Assembly: GCA_964596735.1 (NCBI GenBank)
Contig: CAZQVF010000001.1
Span: 74,135 to 138,134, forward strand
Direction: 5' to 3'
DNA: 64,000 nt
Source: an uncultured Gammaproteobacteria bacterium
GTDB taxonomy: Bacteria > Patescibacteriota > Patescibacteriia > UBA2591 > UBA6264
Each line of letters starts with the position of its first letter. Within the stretch, counting starts at the first letter, position 1. Below the pieces are notes generated by a model, which was not told the DNA's origin, did not search any database, and saw only the letters and a list, made by a program, of their open reading frames with translations. Made by a program: the position numbers and the translations under genes. Shown here one piece after another: positions 9,801 through 21,156 of the stretch.

Positions 9801-11430
9801 GATGGAAGCACATAAGACAGGATTAGTGGAACAAAGAGACGAATTAGTTAAAGAATTAACAGGAGAGCGACCAATTACTCCCCCTGAAGCTGCTCCTGTT
9901 GAACAAGAGATAACCATTCTAAAAGAGCCTGTTACAGAAGAAACAATAATTAGTCTGGAAGCTGGTTTTGCCAAAGAATTTCCTAAATTAGCTGATAAAT
10001 TAATAGAAACAGGGCACTTCAAAGTTGATGAAAGCTTAGATACATTTGATCAATCCGCTTTTAATGAGGTTCAAAAATTGGCAGACCTTACTCCGGAAAC
10101 ACCAGATGAAGAGGTTCTTTGTGGGGAAGCAAAAGACTTTTTACAAGAATTTGAAAAGAAGTTACCAGAGGTCCATGAGAGAATGTTAGATGAGTTTGAA
10201 AAAATTGTTCCTGATCATAAGGCGTCTTTAATAGCAGAGAGAGATGCATTAATAGACGAGTTAACTGGAGAAACAACTCTGGCAGTTGAACACCTTGATT
10301 ACCAGGGCGGTAACAGTGTTTGGCGTGAAGTTGAAAATCAATTACAAGGAAGAGCTGGGTTTAAAGATTTATTCACCGGCGGGGATGAAGCAGAACAAAC
10401 TCATGCTATTGACTATTTTAAAGACAAAATTGTAGCTAATCCTCAAGAATACGGGTTGGCCGAGGCGGTTGATCCAGATGAATTAACACCAGAACACTTA
10501 AAAAGTGTAGACTGGGATAAATTACTTTCTGTTAAAGAGGGAGAAATTGATAAAGCCTTCCCAAATTTAACCGAAGAAGCAAAGCAAAATATTATAGAGA
10601 ATAATAGAATTTTACAAGAATATGTTAGTAGAACAGGAGAAGCCTTAGATACAGATACGGTTGACCAGATTTTAGAAGATGTTAAAGAAGCAGGAGGCGT
10701 TGATGAATATTTAAAACCAGAAGAAATAGTAAGACCAGAAGAAGTTGAACAACCAGAACCGGTTGATTTAAGTGGGATGAAGTGGGAAGACATGACACCA
10801 GCCGAACAAGAATTACTTGAAAATTGGGGAGAATATTTATTCATAGGTGACCGGGGCAGAGCAGCTGAGGCAGCTCAAGAGGCAGCTAAGGATTTTCTAG
10901 ATAGTCAACCACCAGAAGTGTATAACAAATATTCTGATGTTAAAGAAGTAATTCAGTATATTCGCATGGATGATTTAAATGAAGGCCTTTTCAATCGTGG
11001 CGCAGATACAGAAGACTTAATGGCCGGTGTTCAAAAATTAGCTGAAACACATGATCTCTCTGATACGGAGACCAAGCTATTTTCTAATTGGTTGGCCGGA
11101 GAAGACGGTATATTAAAAAAGAATGATTTTAGGCATGTAATAACAAATAAAATTATTGACCCAGAAAAGTTTAGTGATGAAATACAATTTTTTAAAGAGG
11201 GATACGGGGGCTCAGAAGAACTTCCCGACACTTTGACTTGGGAACCAAGACATATTTATACTGGAGAAGGGGCAGACAGAATAAAGCAATTGGTTAATAT
11301 AAGGGCAGTTGAAGGTGGTTGTCAAATAGATTCTACTGGTGATGGAATGCCTGATCAAGATGTTGTTCATCAAAGATTAGCAGTTAAACAAATGATGAGC
11401 AAAGAAGTGATAAATACAGCAGAGGCATAA
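6817..11430 (+). CDS. giant acidic coiled-coil protein with Gly-rich hydrophobic segments (hypothetical)
   Basis: 1537-aa uninterrupted ORF with a K/E-rich coiled-coil N-terminus. It has two glycine-rich hydrophobic stretches (GAAALIGTLGIATGGAGVVVMAGGMALT; ILAMVGGGLAGGLAAGAF) and internal ~100-aa repeats (FAKEMPELANEL... / FAKEFPKLADKL...; ELTGERPITPPEAAPVEQ / ELTGETTLAVE). Confidence 0.7.
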   Translation: MIKENKTGPDRGEPENENQEEIFSLQNKISIKREAQEQNKRLLRGSILETTNAQIDEDIAELNRQLEQLGVKEEISPEIGVEAIEDRRVELIQKVDTEKQEFDEEGELTPDQEQEIALEERGGLVDISEKAGVVTQKTKELLSKELGYIDIEPKEIFEKLTPKDLDELQMLMKGGKRFEKLEQELVASRKELQDLEDTGIFFNKKEKRKKKERMQEINQEIKKKEKEIKELKEEGNKEEIITFYKNKINEIAVSQGIEEKLTEEKAEEIAKNLQETIQQTIDAQAQEVIAKFGLKKFGKMAGGMIKNMGLMFGAAALIGTLGIATGGAGVVVMAGGMALTRLIEKKISGKIREEKAKKTKEKFKQKLEKEKDKVLESFFKAKEKLREKMSGVMSNEIRRQTSKEASALLREYRDAKVSGNTEIIESNLTELEKEFYLSALTKIKAEHPKIKDEEQQHNMAIQMAMNLAQYERGEIEGKKRLEDLKKDKPKVYKLVQKFNLLRSGVTDKKPEGMSKKETSLWNKYKYDLTSLGVGTAIGMAVRTSELGRVAFGALGGVGMGYMMGEAVGKRAEKKGIKEIEKMIDQAEEVIEDISFPANELPDLRKNATLVQSRLELGLLDVDPVLKSRAENFIHNVRQVEFANQKTLNKLLEQQENNNKKLEKQVEKDVTRIEKKTKRRRILAMVGGGLAGGLAAGAFTETGKDILKDIRGLGEEGPGIEPRGPGSIEGGIKGTPFVAAEFPSAPDSLSDSAQETYNHLKNIIQGTEGKLGPTLVRAQAEDVAEQLKTAAPEQWEEILENYKSGDVVEETIKQASSAPEAPVPEPEEIKIALNLEKPGISIDESAFAKEMPELANELKELEVSLKSFDQNTFNQIRNLTELTDTNPVIRDQALAFLKKFEEGAPQLHEQMLNEYDKTFVPEAPAPETPGVSEEVTKPSWEQEVGREEFDLEKITQEQFNQLQENLQELGPTQAKADALTLMEKLKETDIDKYQKMMEAHKTGLVEQRDELVKELTGERPITPPEAAPVEQEITILKEPVTEETIISLEAGFAKEFPKLADKLIETGHFKVDESLDTFDQSAFNEVQKLADLTPETPDEEVLCGEAKDFLQEFEKKLPEVHERMLDEFEKIVPDHKASLIAERDALIDELTGETTLAVEHLDYQGGNSVWREVENQLQGRAGFKDLFTGGDEAEQTHAIDYFKDKIVANPQEYGLAEAVDPDELTPEHLKSVDWDKLLSVKEGEIDKAFPNLTEEAKQNIIENNRILQEYVSRTGEALDTDTVDQILEDVKEAGGVDEYLKPEEIVRPEEVEQPEPVDLSGMKWEDMTPAEQELLENWGEYLFIGDRGRAAEAAQEAAKDFLDSQPPEVYNKYSDVKEVIQYIRMDDLNEGLFNRGADTEDLMAGVQKLAETHDLSDTETKLFSNWLAGEDGILKKNDFRHVITNKIIDPEKFSDEIQFFKEGYGGSEELPDTLTWEPRHIYTGEGADRIKQLVNIRAVEGGCQIDSTGDGMPDQDVVHQRLAVKQMMSKEVINTAEA

Positions 11431-11462
11431 CAAACAATATTTAAAAGATTGAAATATTAAAA

Positions 11463-11493
11463 GAGGGGTGGACAGTTGTCACACCCCTTTTCT
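11463..11493. terminator. bidirectional rho-independent terminator
   Basis: GAGGGGTG...CACCCCTTTTCT hairpin between the convergent stops at 11430 (+) and 11519 (-). Confidence 0.55.
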
Positions 11494-11518
11494 GTAAGGC
11501 GTTTGAAAATAATTGAGA

Positions 11519-12082
11519 TCACGGAGTTGTTGAGGTTCTCGGAGCTTTGGTAGTTTTTGGGCGCTTCTCCAGTGCTTCAATCCTCTGGTTGAGCTGGTCA
11601 ACCTGAATGATTTTCTGCATCTGTTCTGGGGTAAGGCGTTTGACAACCTCATCCCAAAGGTTCTGGTTTCCGCACAATACGTACTGATCCCAGGCCTTTT
11701 GTCCAAGGGAATCCCAGTCAGCCCCGTACGCGGCCTTGAAAACCGTTTCGGAAAGATCGTTAATTTTCCGACCATGGGTCTCAACCAGTCCCCGGGTTTC
11801 TGTTAAACGTTTGTGGAGTTTTTTAACGCAACGGGCGTTTCTTTCAGCTAGGGCTCGGAGAGTGTCGTTTTCAGCTTCTACACTGGTAACTCGATTTTCA
11901 ACACTTTTAACCCGCTTTTCAACGGACTCGATTTTCAGATCCACATCGGCGTGATATCCTTTCATGTCAGTAGACAGGGCAATCACGGCGCTCTTCGGTG
12001 CATAAAACACGGCGATGAGAGCGATCGAAATGCCCACTAATGTAAGGGCGATTCCAACAAGGATTTTTTCACTCTTTTTCAT
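11519..12082 (-). CDS. hypothetical membrane-anchored coiled-coil protein
   Basis: N-terminal TM (ILVGIALTLVGISIALIAVF) then a coiled coil; the codons are visibly GC-richer than their surroundings. Confidence 0.5.
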   Translation of the reverse strand: MKKSEKILVGIALTLVGISIALIAVFYAPKSAVIALSTDMKGYHADVDLKIESVEKRVKSVENRVTSVEAENDTLRALAERNARCVKKLHKRLTETRGLVETHGRKINDLSETVFKAAYGADWDSLGQKAWDQYVLCGNQNLWDEVVKRLTPEQMQKIIQVDQLNQRIEALEKRPKTTKAPRTSTTP

Positions 12083-12255
12083 GAGACGGTCCTCCTTCTT
12101 TCGTTAGTTTTTTGTCTCGTATGTTTTCAAAGATATTATAAGTATAGCAGATTTTCAAAATTTGTCAATCCCTGTTTTTACCCCCTTTTTTAAGCTAAAA
12201 ATGAGGAATTTCAGGGTTGTTTTATTTATCAGTTTTGGTATAATATGGTTATTAA

Positions 12256-14334
<2,079 letters not shown>

Positions 14335-14410
14335 GTCTTGTCAAATTATCAGGTTCTGCTATATTTTAAATAGTAAGGCCGTCAAAAGGTCTTTTTAAAG
14401 AACAGAAATT

Positions 14411-14593
14411 ATGTTTAACAAATTAACTAACTACATTAAAAATTCAATTATTGAACTTAAAAAGGTGAGCTGGCCAACAAAACAACAGGCAGTTCGTCAC
14501 ACGCTTTTAGTGATTGCTATTAGCTTGGTGGTCGCTGCCTTTTTAGGAGTTATAGATTTTATATTAACCAAAGTTTTACAGTTAGTTATCTAA
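14411..14593 (+). CDS. secE: preprotein translocase subunit SecE
   Basis: 60-aa single-TM protein; ELKKVSWPTKQQ motif; canonical position ahead of nusG. Confidence 0.8.
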   Translation: MFNKLTNYIKNSIIELKKVSWPTKQQAVRHTLLVIAISLVVAAFLGVIDFILTKVLQLVI

Positions 14594-14600
14594 CTATAAG

Positions 14601-14635
14601 CAGAGCTTGAAATTAAAAAACATTTTAATTATAAT
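14601..14635 (+). promoter_or_regulatory. conserved CTTGAAATTAAA element, copy upstream of nusG
   Basis: CAGAGC-TTGAAA-TTAAAAAACATTTTAAT-TATAAT, a perfect -35/N17/-10; the ATG is 6 nt after the -10, so a leaderless transcript is possible. Confidence 0.6.
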
Positions 14636-14640
14636 ATAAA

Positions 14641-15186
14641 ATGCCTAAACAAATACAAAAAGAAGGTCGGCGTTGGTATGCTATTCATGTTTATTCTGGT
14701 TATGAAGAAAATGTAGCAGAAAATCTTCGCCAACGCGTTGATTCAATGGATATGTCTGACCGGATTTTTCAGATCATTGTACCTACGGAAAAAAGAATTA
14801 AAATAAGAAATGGACGACGTCGAGTAATTAGGGAGAAAATTTTCCCCGGGTACGTTTTAGTAGAAATGGATGTTACAGATGATTCTTGGTATTTGGTTAG
14901 AAACACGCCCAGTGTCACTGGATTTATCGGTTCTGGTACTACGCCGATTCCTTTAGCTGATGAAGAAATAAAATCCATTCAAAAGAGAATGGGAGTAGAG
15001 GAGCCAAAATATAAGATTGATATTGATCCTGGTACACCAGTAAGAATTATTGACGGGCCTTTTAAGGGGTTTGAGGGCAAAGTTTCAGAAGTAGATGAGG
15101 AAAGAGGAAGAGTCAAGGTTTTAATTTCTGTTTTCGGTAGAGAAACACCAGCCGAACTAGACTTTTTACAACTTAAAAAACTTTAA
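14641..15186 (+). CDS. nusG: transcription antiterminator NusG
   Basis: [18 protein letters not shown] domain; C-terminal KOW ([18 protein letters not shown]). Confidence 0.9.
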   Translation: MPKQIQKEGRRWYAIHVYSGYEENVAENLRQRVDSMDMSDRIFQIIVPTEKRIKIRNGRRRVIREKIFPGYVLVEMDVTDDSWYLVRNTPSVTGFIGSGTTPIPLADEEIKSIQKRMGVEEPKYKIDIDPGTPVRIIDGPFKGFEGKVSEVDEERGRVKVLISVFGRETPAELDFLQLKKL

Positions 15187-15188
15187 TC

Positions 15189-15614
15189 ATGGTAAAAAAA
15201 GTAAAAACAATAATTAAATTACAAATTCCTGCTGGACAAGCTAACCCCGCTCCTCCAGTTGGCCCGGCTTTGGGTCAACACGGACTTGGTATTGCCGAAT
15301 TTTGTAAACAATTTAATGACCAAACCCAAAAACAAGTGGGAAATGTTATTCCAGTTGAAATCACAGTTTATGAAGATCGGACTTATAGTTTTGTTTTAAA
15401 AACTCCTTTAACAGCTGATTTACTTAAAAAGGCGGCTAATATTGAAAAGGGCTCTGGCAAGCCCTTACAGGAGAAGGTTGGCAAAGTCAGCAAAGAAAAG
15501 GTTAAAGAGATTGCTAAAATAAAATTACCAGATTTAAATACTGACAATCTTGAGCAAGCCGTAAAAGTGGTCGAAGGAACGGCTCGACAAATGGGTTTAG
15601 AAGTTGAGAAATAA
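15189..15614 (+). CDS. rplK: 50S ribosomal protein L11
   Basis: [30 protein letters not shown]. Confidence 0.95.
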   Translation: MVKKVKTIIKLQIPAGQANPAPPVGPALGQHGLGIAEFCKQFNDQTQKQVGNVIPVEITVYEDRTYSFVLKTPLTADLLKKAANIEKGSGKPLQEKVGKVSKEKVKEIAKIKLPDLNTDNLEQAVKVVEGTARQMGLEVEK

Positions 15615-15616
15615 CC

Positions 15617-15650
15617 AGAGCTTGAAATTAAAGAAAACCAATTTTAAAAA
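15617..15650 (+). promoter_or_regulatory. conserved CTTGAAATTAAA element, copy in the rplK-rplA gap
   Basis: CCAGAGC-TTGAAA-TTAAAGAAAACCAATTT-TAAAAA directly before the rplA ATG; this is the position where an rplA leader / L1 autoregulatory site lies in other bacteria. Confidence 0.45.
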
Positions 15651-15651
15651 T

Positions 15652-16329
15652 ATGCACAGCAAAAAATATAAAGCTATTGAAGAAAAAATTAATAAAGATA
15701 AGACATATACATTAGAAGAAGCAATAGGTTTTATTAAAGAAAATCCTTTAACTAAATTTGATGAGACAATTGAACTTCATGTTCGTTTAGGTATTGATCC
15801 ACGAAAAACAGAACAGCAGGTTAGAGGAACAATACTTTTACCCAGTGGTGCGGTTAAGAAAAAAAGAATTGCTGCCTTTGTTAGTTCAGACAAGGAAAAA
15901 GAGGCAAAAGAAGCAGGGGCTGATTTAGTGGGAGGATTAGATTTAATTGAAGAAATCAAGACAACTAATAAATGTGATTTTGACTTAGCAATTGCTGAGC
16001 CAGATTTAATGAAGAATTTATCCCAGATTGCCAAAATTTTAGGCCCGAGAGGATTAATGCCCAATCCAAAAACGGGCACGGTAACAACAGAAATAAAAAA
16101 AACTATTAAAGAGTTACAAAAAGGAAAAATTAGTTTTAAAAATGATGCCGGAGCAAATCTTCATCAGCCTGTTGGTAAAATTTCCTGGACTGAAGATAAG
16201 ATTAAAAATAATGTGGAGGCATTTTTAGATGCGGTGAAAAAAACTAAACCAGGAGGAGTGAAAAAAGCCTTTATTCAGAGTATTGTTTTATCTTCAACAA
16301 TGGGGCCAGGCATTAAAATTCAACTTTAA
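15652..16329 (+). CDS. rplA: 50S ribosomal protein L1
   Basis: MHSKKYKAIEEK...TYTLEEAIGFIKENPLTKFDETIELHVRLGIDPRK; start moved to the ATG at 15652, since the track ORF 15604 overlaps the rplK end and the conserved motif. Confidence 0.9.
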   Translation: MHSKKYKAIEEKINKDKTYTLEEAIGFIKENPLTKFDETIELHVRLGIDPRKTEQQVRGTILLPSGAVKKKRIAAFVSSDKEKEAKEAGADLVGGLDLIEEIKTTNKCDFDLAIAEPDLMKNLSQIAKILGPRGLMPNPKTGTVTTEIKKTIKELQKGKISFKNDAGANLHQPVGKISWTEDKIKNNVEAFLDAVKKTKPGGVKKAFIQSIVLSSTMGPGIKIQL

Positions 16330-16358
16330 ATCATAAATAAATTTTAAAAATTAAATTT

Positions 16359-17042
16359 ATGAAAAAAGGTAAATTTATTGTTTTAGAAGGGACGGATGGT
16401 TCGGGCAAGACAGTTCAATTTCAGCATTTATTAGCCAGATTAATAAAGCAGAAAATTAATGTGCGGACCTTGGACTTTCCTCGTTATGGAAAACCATCTT
16501 CATATTTTGTTGAACAATATTTAAAAGGCAGTTATGGCAGTTGGAAAGAAGTAGGAGCTTATCGAGCTTCTCTTTTTTACGCTTTAGATCGATTTGCCGC
16601 TTCCTCTAAGGTTAAAAAATGGCTAAAGCAGGGTAGGGTAGTGCTTTCTAATCGATATGTTGGTTCTAACTTAGGACACCAAGGCGTTAAGATAAAAGGC
16701 AGGGCAGGGAGAGAAAGATTTTTTAAATGGGTTAACGAGCTAGAGTATAAAATTTTAGCCTTACCTAAACCAGATATTAATATTTTCTTGCACATGCCTG
16801 CTAAAATCGCCTATACTTTAGTTGATAATAAAGGAAAACGTGAATATTTAGGGTGTAAAAGAAGAGATATCCATGAACAGGATATCTCTCATATTAAACA
16901 GGCAGAAAAAGTTTTTTGTGAAGTAGTTAAATTATTTCCTAAAGACTTTACTACAGTTGAATGTGTTGAAAAAGGAAAACTCTTGTCAATTGAAAAAGTA
17001 GAAGAAAAAATCTGGCGAATAGTAAAAAGGTTTTTAAAATAA
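16359..17042 (+). CDS. tmk: thymidylate kinase
   Basis: FIVLEGTDGSGKTVQ P-loop typical of dTMP kinase. Confidence 0.85.
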   Translation: MKKGKFIVLEGTDGSGKTVQFQHLLARLIKQKINVRTLDFPRYGKPSSYFVEQYLKGSYGSWKEVGAYRASLFYALDRFAASSKVKKWLKQGRVVLSNRYVGSNLGHQGVKIKGRAGRERFFKWVNELEYKILALPKPDINIFLHMPAKIAYTLVDNKGKREYLGCKRRDIHEQDISHIKQAEKVFCEVVKLFPKDFTTVECVEKGKLLSIEKVEEKIWRIVKRFLK

Positions 17043-17044
17043 AT

Positions 17045-18451
17045 TTAGCTAATTTTCCTCTTAATCATTGGCCCCTGATCAGTGTCTTCAATTTCAAATC
17101 CAAGATTATTAATTTTTTGACGAATTTGGTCAGCTTCTGACCAATTTTTTTGTTGACGCAGTTCTTGTCTTTGACCAATTAACTTTTTAATTTCACTGGG
17201 GACCCTTGATAAAGCGATTTTTGTTTTAGCAAAATCCAAACCAAGAACCTTGTCAAATTCTAAAAGGGTGGCCATTTTTTTATTCTCTGGATAATCGCTT
17301 TTAATTAAATCCCAAACAATAGCCAGGGCCTGAGGCGTGTCTAAATCATTATTAATGGCTTGTTTAAATTTTTGCTCCTCAGACTCTATTACTTCTCCCG
17401 GCTTAGGATAATGAGCAATAGATTGATAAAGATTATTTAAAGCATTTTTCGCTGATTTAAGGTTTTCCCAACTAAAACTTAATGGAGAACGGTAATGAGC
17501 GCTCAAACAAAGATACCGATAGGCTAATGGTTCAAACCCTTTTTTAATTAAAGTTAATAAAGTAATAAAGGATTCACCGCTTTTAGCCATTTTTTCCTTG
17601 TCTAAAATTAAAAATTCATTATGCATCCAATAGTTAGCCAATGATTTATTCTGAGCGGCTTGAGCCTGGGCGATTTCATTGGTATGGTGAACAGGAATGT
17701 GGTCAATTCCACCAGTATGAATATCAAATGGCTGATCCAGATACCTAGTTGACATAGCCGAACATTCAATGTGCCAGCCGGGCCAGCCTTTTCCCCAAGG
17801 AGACTTCCATTGCATAATATGATGCTTGCCCCTGCCCACGGCTTTAAACCATAGAGCAAAATCAGTCGGATTTTTCTTTTCTGGATTTATTTCTACGCGA
17901 GCCCCTGGCTTAAGTCCTTTAATATCTAATCGAGCCAACTGACCATAATTATCAAGCTTGGCAGTGTTAAAATAAAGGCCATCAGAGGTTTCATAGGCAT
18001 AGCCATTATTTTGTATTTGCTGAACCATTTTAATCACTTCTTTAACATGCTTGGTTGCCTTACACCATTTATTTGGTTTAAGAATATTAAGCTTTTTAAT
18101 GTCATTTTTAAAAGCCTTGGTGTAAAAATCAGCCGTTTGTTTCATTGATTTTTCATTTAATTCCTTGCCCTCACGCTTCAAGGCTTGAATCATTTTATCT
18201 TCTCCTTCGTCTGCATCAGAAGTAAGATGGCCAACATCAGTAATATTGACCACGTGTTTTATTCTATACTGATTGTATTTTAATGTTCTTTTTAAAATAT
18301 CAGCAAAAATATATGCTCGCAAATTGCCAATGTGAGCATAGTTATAAACAGTCGGACCACAACTATAGAGTCCAACAAAACCTTTTTTAATAGGTTTAAA
18401 TATTTGTTTTTTTCTAGATAATGTATTGTAGAGCCTTATCTCTAAAGCCAT
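17045..18451 (-). CDS. cysS: cysteine--tRNA ligase
   Basis: YSCGPTVYNYAHIGNLR (HIGH), KMAKSGE (KMSKS), WHIECS zinc site. Confidence 0.95.
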   Translation of the reverse strand: MALEIRLYNTLSRKKQIFKPIKKGFVGLYSCGPTVYNYAHIGNLRAYIFADILKRTLKYNQYRIKHVVNITDVGHLTSDADEGEDKMIQALKREGKELNEKSMKQTADFYTKAFKNDIKKLNILKPNKWCKATKHVKEVIKMVQQIQNNGYAYETSDGLYFNTAKLDNYGQLARLDIKGLKPGARVEINPEKKNPTDFALWFKAVGRGKHHIMQWKSPWGKGWPGWHIECSAMSTRYLDQPFDIHTGGIDHIPVHHTNEIAQAQAAQNKSLANYWMHNEFLILDKEKMAKSGESFITLLTLIKKGFEPLAYRYLCLSAHYRSPLSFSWENLKSAKNALNNLYQSIAHYPKPGEVIESEEQKFKQAINNDLDTPQALAIVWDLIKSDYPENKKMATLLEFDKVLGLDFAKTKIALSRVPSEIKKLIGQRQELRQQKNWSEADQIRQKINNLGFEIEDTDQGPMIKRKIS

Positions 18452-19371
18452 TTTTTGCTTTTAAAATAGAAAACCAATCCACTAAAGATAGTAATCATAA
18501 TAAGAATAATTATCCAAAAGGAGAAAGGATTATCAATTAAAGGCATGAATTGTAGATTCATGCCAAAAATAGTGGCAATTAAAGTAATAGGAAGGATAAT
18601 AACAGAAATAGTGGTTAGAATTTTAATAACATCATTAAGCTGGAAAGAAATCAACGAATTGTTTGTTTTTTCAGTTGCCTCAATGCTTTGCCTTAGATTT
18701 TCTAAATTTCCCCAAATATCATCAATGGTTTCTAAGAGTTCATCAAAATATATTTTAAACTGGCCAGTTGAAAAAAAGATATTACTCTTTTTTAAAAGTT
18801 TTGAAACAACCAAACGGTGAGCCTGCATTATTTTTCTAAAATTAACAATATTTGTTTTAGATATCAAAATTTCTTTGACCATTTTCTTTTCATAGCCTTG
18901 GAAAATATGGTTTTCAATGCTGGTGATATTAAGGCCGAGAGTGTCTAAAATAGGGAGACAATAGAAAAATAAACGACTTAAAAGTTCGCGAATTAATGCA
19001 GAAGGGTTTTCAAAGAAATATTTTTTTTGCTGAGATTTACTAATTTTACAAGAATTAAAAAAACTGATTAAAGGAGAAAGTTCTCCCCGATGAACAGTAA
19101 TTAAATAGTCAGAATTGATAAAAAAGTCAATTTCTGAAGAAGTTACTTTTCTGGTTTTACGATTGTAAATAGGAAAAAGAAGAACCATGAAAATATACTT
19201 TTCAGTAATATCAAGCTTTGGGCGCTGAAGCGCAGAAAGACAATCATTTAAATGAACTGGATGAAACCCAAATTTTTGTTGAAGATACTTCATTTCTTCT
19301 GGAGAGCAACGAGAAATGTCAATCCAGGAGAAATCTTTTGTTTTTATTTTTTGAATAGTAGGAAGGTTCAT
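18442..19371 (-). CDS. corA: CorA-family Mg2+/Co2+ transporter
   Basis: C-terminal two TM helices with an FGMNLQFMP (GMN) motif. Confidence 0.7.
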   Translation of the reverse strand: MNLPTIQKIKTKDFSWIDISRCSPEEMKYLQQKFGFHPVHLNDCLSALQRPKLDITEKYIFMVLLFPIYNRKTRKVTSSEIDFFINSDYLITVHRGELSPLISFFNSCKISKSQQKKYFFENPSALIRELLSRLFFYCLPILDTLGLNITSIENHIFQGYEKKMVKEILISKTNIVNFRKIMQAHRLVVSKLLKKSNIFFSTGQFKIYFDELLETIDDIWGNLENLRQSIEATEKTNNSLISFQLNDVIKILTTISVIILPITLIATIFGMNLQFMPLIDNPFSFWIIILIMITIFSGLVFYFKSKKWL

Positions 19372-19448
19372 ATGTATAAATTAATATTTATTACTCTTTA
19401 TATTTTACCATTTTAAAATAGTTTGCCAACACCTTGAAAAGTGTTAAA

Positions 19449-19497
19449 ATATGGTATAAGAACCTGCTTCGCAGCACCTTGAAATTAAAAAACATTT
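19449..19497 (+). promoter_or_regulatory. conserved CTTGAAATTAAA element, copy upstream of murB
   Basis: AGAACCTGCTTCGCAGCACC-TTGAAA-TTAAAAAACATTTTAAT-TATAGA; nearly identical over 45 nt to the porA copy. Confidence 0.55.
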
Positions 19498-19529
19498 TAA
19501 TTATAGAAACAAAAAAAGACTTAAATCAA

Positions 19530-20393
19530 ATGATCGAAGAGAAAATAGAAAAGAATATTAACCTAGCTCCATTAACCACCTTTAAAATTGGCGGACCAGC
19601 TAAATATTTTTGCCAGGTAAGAACAGAAAAGGAGTTGATCCAGGCAATTAAATGGGCTAAAAAGAAAAAAACCCCCTATTTTGTCATTGGCGGAGGGAGT
19701 AATCTTTTAATTTCTGACAAAGGATTTAAAGGATTAGTAATCAAATTATCAATGGAGCAATGTCAATTAATAGAAAATAAGTTGTTATTAGGGTCAGCTT
19801 TAAGATTGAGCCAGGCAGTCAGGTTTTTAGTAAAAAACAATTTAACTGGTTTAGAATGGGCCGCCGGTATTCCCGGAACTGTTGGCGGAGCCGTGCGCGG
19901 TAATGCCGGGGCATTTGGTCAGGAAATTTCAGACTGTTTATTAAAAGCCATTGTTTTAAGAGGAAGTAAAATTATCGAGTTAAAAAACAAAGAAATAAGA
20001 TTTACTTATCGCCAAAGCATCTTTAAGAAAAATAAGGACATTATTTTAAGTGTAGTTTTAAAATTAAAAAAAGGAGAAAGACGGAAAAATGAAAAATTAA
20101 TTCAAAATAATATTCAACGCCGAAAAAAGGGGCAACCCTCTCAACCCAGTGCCGGATGCATTTTTAAAAATCCAAAACAAAAAAATGCTGGGGCATTGAT
20201 TGATCAATGCGGGCTAAAGGGGAAGCAAATTAGGGGAGCAAAAGTTAGTGAAAAACATGCTAATTTTATTATTAATACTGGTCAGGCTAAGGCTAGAGAT
20301 GTTAAAAATTTGATTGAATTAATTAAAAAACAAGTCAAAGATAAATTTAATATAGAGTTAAAAGAAGAAATCGAATATTTAGGTGAGTTTTAA
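19530..20393 (+). CDS. murB: UDP-N-acetylenolpyruvoylglucosamine reductase
   Basis: LAPLTTFKIGGPAKYF...FVIGGGSNLL FAD-binding N-terminus; start moved to the first ATG after the conserved upstream motif (track ORF starts at 19434). Confidence 0.85.
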   Translation: MIEEKIEKNINLAPLTTFKIGGPAKYFCQVRTEKELIQAIKWAKKKKTPYFVIGGGSNLLISDKGFKGLVIKLSMEQCQLIENKLLLGSALRLSQAVRFLVKNNLTGLEWAAGIPGTVGGAVRGNAGAFGQEISDCLLKAIVLRGSKIIELKNKEIRFTYRQSIFKKNKDIILSVVLKLKKGERRKNEKLIQNNIQRRKKGQPSQPSAGCIFKNPKQKNAGALIDQCGLKGKQIRGAKVSEKHANFIINTGQAKARDVKNLIELIKKQVKDKFNIELKEEIEYLGEF

Positions 20394-20396
20394 TTT

Positions 20397-21086
20397 ATGC
20401 AATATCAGTTTCCAACTTTAAGGTTTTATTTAGCCGGTTTAATAATTCTAATTCTAATTTTTTTCTTTACTTGGTTTCCCAAAGCCCAGGTAGATTTAAT
20501 AGTCGCCTCAGAGCCCTTGATCATGGATTTTGAAATAAAATTAGACAGCCTTACAGAGACAATACTTTTTAACCTGGATACGGTTCCGGCCAGAGTAATT
20601 ATTAGCCGAGATAAAGAAGTCTGGTCTGAGTATAAATTTAGGGAGGAATTAGAGGACGATAAAACAGAACAGATAATTGTTTTTAAAGAAAAAGATTTAG
20701 AAGAATTAGTTATCTACAAGATTCAAAATTTGTTAAGTGAAGCTGGGCAAGAATTAATTAATGATGACCAGTTTTCAGAAGTTGAGTTAGGAAAACAGGT
20801 TTTTGCCTTTCATCCAGAAAAATGGGAAATTGAAGTCTTAAAAAAAGACTTTTCCAATGGACAGGGGACAATCAAGATTTCCTTAGAAGAAGAGGTGATT
20901 AAGAAATATGACCTTGATAAATTAAAGCAAGAAATTAGGTTTAAAAAAAAGAGCTTGGCCAAGCAAAATCTAGAGAACTTATTAAGCATTAAAAAAGTAG
21001 AGATAAACTTACGGCCTTGGTTCTGGCAGCAAATGCCAGTTTTTTCTAATCACATCAACTTTTCTATTAAGCTTTTGGATAGCTAA
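20397..21086 (+). CDS. hypothetical membrane protein
   Basis: N-terminal TM (LAGLIILILIFFFTWF); acidic remainder; no family call. Confidence 0.4.
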   Translation: MQYQFPTLRFYLAGLIILILIFFFTWFPKAQVDLIVASEPLIMDFEIKLDSLTETILFNLDTVPARVIISRDKEVWSEYKFREELEDDKTEQIIVFKEKDLEELVIYKIQNLLSEAGQELINDDQFSEVELGKQVFAFHPEKWEIEVLKKDFSNGQGTIKISLEEEVIKKYDLDKLKQEIRFKKKSLAKQNLENLLSIKKVEINLRPWFWQQMPVFSNHINFSIKLLDS

Positions 21087-21156
21087 AAATGCTTGACAGT
21101 ATTTAATAAATGTGTAAAATAAATTATACTTTCAACATTAAAATATTGTTACTTCT

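Noticed and set aside
7671-11231. Several minus-strand ORFs (7671-8024, 9216-9467, 9711-10022, 10088-10276, 10443-10844, 11031-11231) inside the giant gene
   Set aside because: All lie antisense within one uninterrupted 4.6 kb ORF and have Ser/Leu/Phe-rich low-complexity translations. They are most likely spurious.
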